From assembly GCA_964228815.1 (NCBI GenBank), contig CAXRAL010000009.1:5377-69376 (forward strand): a stretch of DNA of 64,000 nucleotides, given 5' to 3'. Positions 58,518-64,000 of the stretch are shown one piece after another; position 1 is the stretch's first letter, and every line of letters starts with the position of its first letter. The stretch comes from Candidatus Poseidoniaceae archaeon (GTDB lineage Archaea; Thermoplasmatota; Poseidoniia; Poseidoniales; Poseidoniaceae). The notes under the pieces were generated by a model that saw nothing but the letters and a program-made list of their open reading frames with translations, did not search any database and was not told where the DNA came from. The position numbers and the translations under genes are program-made.

Positions 58518-59528
58518 ATGGCGGATTCACCCGTGTCCATCAATACCCCGGGCGGCGCAAACGAAGCACCGGCCGGTCCATCTCCCCAAGAGCAGAAGCA
58601 AATGGAACAGGCCTACGCTCAAATGAAGCGAAAGATGGCTATGGAGGAAATCGGTCGCAAGATTAAACACAAAATCATGGTCCTTTCAGGCAAAGGCGGT
58701 GTTGGGAAATCCACCGTCTCCACCGGTCTTGCCCTCTCCCTGGCCCAACAAGGCCACACGGTGGGCATCCTCGACATCGACATCACCGGGCCGAACGTCC
58801 CCAAAATGATGGGCCTTGACGGCCGTCGACTCCATGTCGAAAACAAGCGCATTCATCCCGCTCAAGGCCACCTTGGCGTGAAGGTCATCAGCATGGCCTT
58901 CCTGCTTGAGGACGAAGACACCCCGGTGGTCTGGCGTGGTCCCATCAAGTTGGGCGCTATTCAGCAATTCATCGGCGATGTGGAATGGGGAGAATTGGAC
59001 TACCTCATCATCGATTTCCCACCCGGCACTTCGGACGAACCGTTGACGGTGGCGCAATCCCTTCCCGACATCGACGGCATGGTCATCGTCACAACGCCGC
59101 AGCAAGTGGCGCTGCTCGACAGCCGAAAATCCATCACGTTTTCCGAATCCCTCAAGGTGCCTGTGCTCGGTGTCGTTGAGAACATGAGCGGGTTTACGGT
59201 GAACGGCACGACCTCACCGGGAACCGAGGTCAACATCGCCGCTCCCGGTGGCAAGACGCTGGCCACCACGGCCGACGATGAGGGAAAATTTTCCGTAACG
59301 CTGGACATTTTCAAGGAAGGTGGAGGCAAGGAGACAGCCGAGGAATTCGGTGTTCCCTTCCTCGGTGCCCTGCCCTTTGACCCCGGGTTTGTTCGGGGCG
59401 GTGATGACGGTGTACACCGGATTGTTTCCGAACCCGAAGGCCCCTCTGCAAAGGCCTTCGCCAAGGTCGTGACGGCCATCCAAGACCAACTTTCTGACGG
59501 TGCCGACGGCGGCCTCGAAATCATTTGA
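58518..59528 (+). CDS. Mrp/NBP35/ApbC-family P-loop ATPase, atypical (no cysteines; CxxC region replaced by an insertion)
   Basis: The deviant Walker A is VLSGKGGVGKST. The Mrp-type VVWRGPIK and DYLIIDFPPGTSDE are present. Where Mrp proteins carry ENMSxFxCPxCG, this protein reads VENMSGFTVNGTTSPGTEVNIAAPGGKTLATTADDEGKFSVTLDIF. The ATG at 58518 is preferred. Confidence 0.8.
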   Translation: MADSPVSINTPGGANEAPAGPSPQEQKQMEQAYAQMKRKMAMEEIGRKIKHKIMVLSGKGGVGKSTVSTGLALSLAQQGHTVGILDIDITGPNVPKMMGLDGRRLHVENKRIHPAQGHLGVKVISMAFLLEDEDTPVVWRGPIKLGAIQQFIGDVEWGELDYLIIDFPPGTSDEPLTVAQSLPDIDGMVIVTTPQQVALLDSRKSITFSESLKVPVLGVVENMSGFTVNGTTSPGTEVNIAAPGGKTLATTADDEGKFSVTLDIFKEGGGKETAEEFGVPFLGALPFDPGFVRGGDDGVHRIVSEPEGPSAKAFAKVVTAIQDQLSDGADGGLEII

Positions 59529-59537
59529 GGTGAGCAC

Positions 59538-59891
59538 ATGGCCGAAGTCTTGCCCACGCTCAAGAAGCTTGAACGCCGTGCACAAGACATGGTTCTCACC
59601 TACGACAACGGTTCCGACTACACCGTCACCTACGACGATGTGCGTCATGCCTGCCCCTGTGCCAAGTGCTCACCCATGCGGAACGAGGACGACACCAGCC
59701 GCACGCTACGTCGCCAAATCGAGGCGCTCCCATCGGAGAAACCCACGGTGCGAACGGTTGGAAAGTATGCCTTGGCGTTCGAATGGAAGCAAGGCTGCTC
59801 AAGCGGCATCTACCGATTCGAACGCATTTACGATCTGGCCAACCGTCGCGACCCCGATCGAGGTAAGCCCTACGTCCACGGCGCCTGGTAG
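59538..59891 (+). CDS. DUF971 domain protein (gamma-butyrobetaine hydroxylase-like N-terminal fold)
   Basis: DMVLTYDNGSDYTVTYDDVRHACPCAKC ... VGKYALAFEWKQGCSSGIYRFERI fits the DUF971 pattern (L.W.DG....Y....LR..CPCA.C ... G.YA....W.DGH.SGIY). It starts 9 nt after the Mrp-like gene, the usual partner. Confidence 0.75.
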   Translation: MAEVLPTLKKLERRAQDMVLTYDNGSDYTVTYDDVRHACPCAKCSPMRNEDDTSRTLRRQIEALPSEKPTVRTVGKYALAFEWKQGCSSGIYRFERIYDLANRRDPDRGKPYVHGAW

Positions 59892-59968
59892 ACAGAACGC
59901 CTTCAATGCGGGCTGAATGACGACGCTTTGATGAAGGGACGGCGTGACCCAAAACTGGAGGCCACGCT

Positions 59969-62035
59969 GTGCAGAGTGTCTACTTGACCTGGATGATCAG
60001 CGCCTTGGCCTTGGGCGTCATCCTGCTTCCCGTGTTCAAACCACCTTGGGCGAAGTTATCCCTCCCGCCCTTCGTGGATTTCTTCCGAAGGTATTGGGTC
60101 CACATTCTCATCGTGTTCGCCATCTACAACGCCAAGGACGTGCTCGACCAAGTGGACCGTTTGTTGATGGCGAGCACCGGCCTGGACATGACGCCGTACA
60201 TTTGGGCCATCGAGGGTAACTTGGTGCTGTGGGTTCAGGAGACCTTTGAGACGGATTGGTTGACCACCGCCCTGACGCATTTCTACGTCGCCGGCTTCAT
60301 GTTCATCTGCTACGTTTCGGTGTTCTATTTCGCCTACTTTGATGACCGTTGGCTTGCCGACCGGGTAACCCTGTCCATCGCTTGGGTTTACATTCTGGCC
60401 GTACCGTTTTACCTCTTTTTCAACGTTCGAGTGACGGGCGACACCATTCCCGGAATGGAAACGTTGGCCTACACCCTCACCCCCGAAATCGCTGACTGGT
60501 TCAGGAGGATTGACCCGTTCACGAACGGGATGCCGTCACTTCACATCGGGATCCCGTTTGCCGTGTGGTTGTGCTTGACGCGCTTTGACGACGATCGGCG
60601 ATGGAATCGCTATCGCTACACTGTGTTTGCCTACACCTTGCTCACGGCGTTCACCATCATCTACCTCGGCATTCACTGGTTCCTCGACATCATCGGAGGC
60701 ATGCTCATCGCCGGCGCTGCGGTGTCCATGGCGGACCGTACCTCCAACGGTTGGTGGAAGTTTTTCGACGAGCGGACGATGAACGCTCGCATCGTTACCG
60801 TCCTGACCCGTCCTGGACAAGCCTGGGCGTGGTTCAGTGGTCGAGTCAGTCAAGAATTCAAGCAGTACCGAACACCAACGAGTCGTGAGACTGGGCGAAT
60901 GGCCGTGGCCATTTTGATCGTCGTGGCTGCCGTCATCACCTGGGATTTGACGCATCGTTCCCTCCCTGCAGGTGGGGTGGAAGCCCCTGAGGCAGCCGCC
61001 GTATCCGACGAATGGCTGGCAACGCTGGACAACCAAACCGAAGGGGTCTCCCTGTTGCTCCAGAATTTATCGGCGGCTGACGCTGCCTCCTACAAGGTGG
61101 ATGTTCCCGGGCTGAGTTTGGATTCCACCCATGCCCTCCAGAACGACCTTCTCGTGGTGGCGAACGGCACAGCCCTGTTGATGTACGACGTTCATCAACC
61201 CGAACAGGTGCTCACAACGTTGGCTCTCTCACAACCTGAGCACTTGTTGCTGTGCGAACTTGCCTCCTCAATGGTTCTTGTTTACACCCTCGACGGCGTG
61301 CTGGAGGTCACCGACCTGGAGGGCACACCCGTGCTTGTGTCGGATGAAGCACACGAAGGGATTGAGCAATTGACCTGCTCGGGCTCTGAAATCGCCTATG
61401 TCACCGCCGAGCGACCGATGGAAGTGACCGTTCTGCAACTTGGTGTTCGTGGCGAAGTTGGCTACACCATCAACGCCTCTGCGCCGGTAGAGGAAGATGA
61501 GATTCTGGCGTCGTGGGGCACGCCGGTTGACATGGAAAACGCCACCGTCCAAAGCATGGCTTTTGACCGGGAATACCTCGCTGTGACGGTCAACGTTTCC
61601 GCCACCGACCGTTTGGTGCTCTACAACCGAACCACGGCCGAACAATGGTTGGCCAGCAATCCAAAGTACCACGTGTCCGACATTTCTCTCGACCATGGCA
61701 TCCTTGCGTGGTCGGTGCGCGATCACCTCAACCCGCTCTCGCCTCAGGATAAGTACCTCGACCGAGAAATCTACTTCACAGAACTGGCGACGAACACCTC
61801 GTTTGTGTTGACGTCCGATTACAAAGATCAGTGGGGTCCGCTGGTGCTTGAACACCAACTCGTCTATTTTGAGATGGACGATGATACGATGTCGATGCGG
61901 GTTCATGCATGGGAGCCCGAACTTCGTCTGTACTCCAGCCTCGTGTTGCAGGCCGGGGTTCTTGCAGCCTTCGTGGTTGTCGCTTGGAACATGTGGCAGC
62001 GCCAGAGTGAGCGCCGCCTGAGCCGTCAACCGTGA
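59969..62035 (+). CDS. PAP2-superfamily (IPC-synthase/PAP2_3-like) membrane enzyme fused to a large extracytoplasmic beta-rich domain and a C-terminal TM helix
   Basis: The N-terminal roughly 270 aa have about 6 TM helices and carry the motifs MPSLHIGIPFAV and IHWFLDIIGGMLIA. A further TM helix follows, then about 330 aa of beta-strand-like repeats. The final helix is LVLQAGVLAAFVVVAWNMW. Confidence 0.6.
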   Translation: MQSVYLTWMISALALGVILLPVFKPPWAKLSLPPFVDFFRRYWVHILIVFAIYNAKDVLDQVDRLLMASTGLDMTPYIWAIEGNLVLWVQETFETDWLTTALTHFYVAGFMFICYVSVFYFAYFDDRWLADRVTLSIAWVYILAVPFYLFFNVRVTGDTIPGMETLAYTLTPEIADWFRRIDPFTNGMPSLHIGIPFAVWLCLTRFDDDRRWNRYRYTVFAYTLLTAFTIIYLGIHWFLDIIGGMLIAGAAVSMADRTSNGWWKFFDERTMNARIVTVLTRPGQAWAWFSGRVSQEFKQYRTPTSRETGRMAVAILIVVAAVITWDLTHRSLPAGGVEAPEAAAVSDEWLATLDNQTEGVSLLLQNLSAADAASYKVDVPGLSLDSTHALQNDLLVVANGTALLMYDVHQPEQVLTTLALSQPEHLLLCELASSMVLVYTLDGVLEVTDLEGTPVLVSDEAHEGIEQLTCSGSEIAYVTAERPMEVTVLQLGVRGEVGYTINASAPVEEDEILASWGTPVDMENATVQSMAFDREYLAVTVNVSATDRLVLYNRTTAEQWLASNPKYHVSDISLDHGILAWSVRDHLNPLSPQDKYLDREIYFTELATNTSFVLTSDYKDQWGPLVLEHQLVYFEMDDDTMSMRVHAWEPELRLYSSLVLQAGVLAAFVVVAWNMWQRQSERRLSRQP

Positions 62036-62721
62036 TATCGAACACGGGTGCGAATGTCCTCGAGTCGAGCGTGAACCTCCTTGGCCGATGGGACGGCACC
62101 GCCTTGGAGCACAGGCGCCGGTCCAAGGTCGTCCTCGGCTCCGAGGTAGCCTTCGATTACCCAATCAATGGCACCTTCCCATTGCGGGTGCGATGCTCCG
62201 AGGATCTCGTCGAGGACGTGCAAATCAATACCGAAGCGCTCGACGTCGTACTCCACAGAAGCGAGACCAAAGTCAATCAGGTGAACGGTTTCTCCTTCGA
62301 TGAGGATGTTGTTGCTTGACAGGTCACCGTGTGTGGTGGCCACGCGGTGGAGTCGTCTCACCGATTCGCCGACACGGCGAAGCATCGCTTTGGCCTCATC
62401 ATCGGTGGTTGCTTCGTCGTTGAGCACATCGATCAACGGACGACCACCGAGGTGTTCGATGATGAGCTGGCCGCCTTCGTAATCAAGGTCCCAAACGGAA
62501 GGCACGGAAAGGCCGGCTTTTCGGGTTCGGATCAGCAGGCGGGCTTCGCTGATCATGCGTCGCACTCCGAGGCGGTGGTCCAAATTGGGGTGGCGCCAGG
62601 AGCGCGGCCGTCGTTGCTTTCGTACCGCTGGGCGACCGAACCACTCACCCCTCCAAACCTCGGCCTCTGCACCGAGGTGAAGGCGCTCTGTTGGCTGGAA
62701 GGCCATGGGACGCCTCACCAA
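62026..62721 (-). CDS. bud32: Bud32/PRPK atypical kinase (KEOPS subunit), stand-alone
   Basis: GAEAEVWRGEWFGRPAVRKQR, a catalytic loop HGDLSSNNILI and LIDFGLAS are present. The length of about 230 aa is typical for archaeal Bud32. Confidence 0.85.
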   Translation of the reverse strand: MVRRPMAFQPTERLHLGAEAEVWRGEWFGRPAVRKQRRPRSWRHPNLDHRLGVRRMISEARLLIRTRKAGLSVPSVWDLDYEGGQLIIEHLGGRPLIDVLNDEATTDDEAKAMLRRVGESVRRLHRVATTHGDLSSNNILIEGETVHLIDFGLASVEYDVERFGIDLHVLDEILGASHPQWEGAIDWVIEGYLGAEDDLGPAPVLQGGAVPSAKEVHARLEDIRTRVRYHG

Positions 62722-62828
62722 TGCCTTCTTTTTGAACGTTCATGCCCATCCGTTCCTTCAAAAAGGGTTGAGCGTTGGGGTTGGTGAGAGCCATGACGGT
62801 GACCCTCCCGATGTGTTCTGTCAACTTC

Positions 62829-63947
62829 ATGGACACCACGCTGTCCGTTGAAGAGCAAGCCATTGCCGACCGAATTCAGGAATTGAAAGAGCAGTTGGGC
62901 GATGATTTGCTCATCCTCGGTCATCATTACCAGCGGGACAGCATCGTGATGCACGCCGATTTCCTCGGCGACTCGTTCATGCTCAGCCAAAAAGCGGCCG
63001 AATCGGACGCCAAATACATCGTGTTCTGCGGCGTCCATTTCATGGCTGAATCGGCTGATATTCTCACCTCCGACGACCAGTCCGTGGTCCTCCCCAACCT
63101 GCGGGCGGGATGCTCCATGGCCGACATGGCCACGTTGGCTGAGGTCGAGGTGGCATGGAAGGAGTTGCTCGACCAGTCGGGTCTTTCCGACCCCATCAAC
63201 CGTGAACATCCTGAGGATGTGGCGGGTAAGGGGGAAGCCTACCTTGTGCCCGTTACCTACATGAATTCAAGCGCTGACCTGAAGGATTTCGTGGGGCGTC
63301 ATGGAGGCGTAGTGTGCACCTCGTCCAACGCCGAGGGCGTGTTGAATTGGGCCTTTGAGCGAGCCGGGCCAAAGGGTGCGGTGTTGTTCTTTCCCGACCA
63401 GCACTTGGGCCGAAACACCGGCCTTGCCATGGGTATTTCTACGGACCGAATGCCCACCTGGACGCCGGGGTTCGGCGCCATGGGTTCGCTGGACAACGCC
63501 CGCATCGTGCTGTGGCACGGATTTTGCTCCGTGCACAAGCGTTTCACGCCTCAACAAATCGCTGAATTCCGCGAGCAACACCCCGATGGCATCGTCGTGG
63601 TACATCCCGAATGCCCGAAGGAGACGGTCGAACTCGCAGACGCTTACGGGTCAACCCAATACATTCGCAATTTCGTGAACGAGCAGCCCGCCGGGGCCTC
63701 CATCGCCATTGGGACGGAGATCAACATGGTCGCCAGGTTGGCCCAAGAACACCCCGACAAGCACATCGAGTGCCTGGATGAGGAAATTTGCCCTTGCTCG
63801 ACCATGTACATGATTCACCCGGCGTACCTGATGGACGTGCTGGAACGTTTGGTCGACGGTGAAATTCCCAATCAAATCGTGGTGCCGGAGGAGGTTCAAG
63901 CCGGTTCCTTGTTGGCCTTGAACCGCATGCTGGCCATCTTGAAGTGA
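62829..63947 (+). CDS. nadA: Quinolinate synthase
   Basis: LILGHHYQRDSIVMHADFLGDSFMLSQKAA, FCGVHFMAESADIL, CSMADMA, VHPECPKE and CPCSTMYM are present. Candidate starts are 62829 (MDTTLSVEEQ), 62793 and 62775. Confidence 0.92.
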   Translation: MDTTLSVEEQAIADRIQELKEQLGDDLLILGHHYQRDSIVMHADFLGDSFMLSQKAAESDAKYIVFCGVHFMAESADILTSDDQSVVLPNLRAGCSMADMATLAEVEVAWKELLDQSGLSDPINREHPEDVAGKGEAYLVPVTYMNSSADLKDFVGRHGGVVCTSSNAEGVLNWAFERAGPKGAVLFFPDQHLGRNTGLAMGISTDRMPTWTPGFGAMGSLDNARIVLWHGFCSVHKRFTPQQIAEFREQHPDGIVVVHPECPKETVELADAYGSTQYIRNFVNEQPAGASIAIGTEINMVARLAQEHPDKHIECLDEEICPCSTMYMIHPAYLMDVLERLVDGEIPNQIVVPEEVQAGSLLALNRMLAILK

Positions 63948-64000
63948 GGCTCAAAAGATCGCTTGCCCGCCTTTCCATCCTGCCAGCGCCAACACGGGCC

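Noticed and set aside
63948-64000. Possible start or end of another gene at the right window edge.
   Set aside because: Only 53 nt remain. No reading frame or motif can be supported.

Overview
GC-rich chromosomal segment that reads as archaeal and euryarchaeal. The taxonomic guess is a planktonic Thermoplasmatota / Marine Group II-like organism; this is inference only. Archaeal hallmarks are Alba, a thermosome, Cdc48/VCP, stand-alone Bud32, deoxyhypusine synthase, a Gar1-like protein, a PRC-barrel protein, PyrB/PyrI, and TATA-like boxes about 25-35 nt upstream of genes. I can support about 53 protein-coding genes and one tRNA-Gly(GCC). Coding density is very high and many neighbouring genes touch or overlap by 1-4 nt. 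I saw no rRNA, CRISPR array, transposase, integrase or prophage signal. Most of the window is housekeeping: sdhCAB, aldehyde dehydrogenase, cdc48, pyrBI, pyrG, thrS, tdh, HMG-CoA synthase, hsp20-dnaK-thermosome, M17 and M14 peptidases, speB-speH-dys, Mrp/DUF971, bud32 and nadA. These are interleaved with very large membrane-anchored surface proteins and uncharacterised membrane proteins. The most interesting loci follow. (1) A minus-strand operon at 22822-26609 encodes a Roadblock/LC7 protein, a 1063-aa giant that looks PATAN-like, Roadblock-like and coiled-coil, and a 2-TM peptide, with no GTPase partner. (2) A Gar1-like protein carries eukaryote-style RGG repeats and two perfect RanBP2-type zinc fingers. 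(3) A cysteine-free Mrp/NBP35 ATPase lacks the CxxC motif and sits next to a Cys-containing DUF971. (4) A DUF4350-DUF58-membrane operon lacks a MoxR ATPase. All domain calls come from motif recognition by eye on the supplied translations. No database search was run. Start codons are best guesses.
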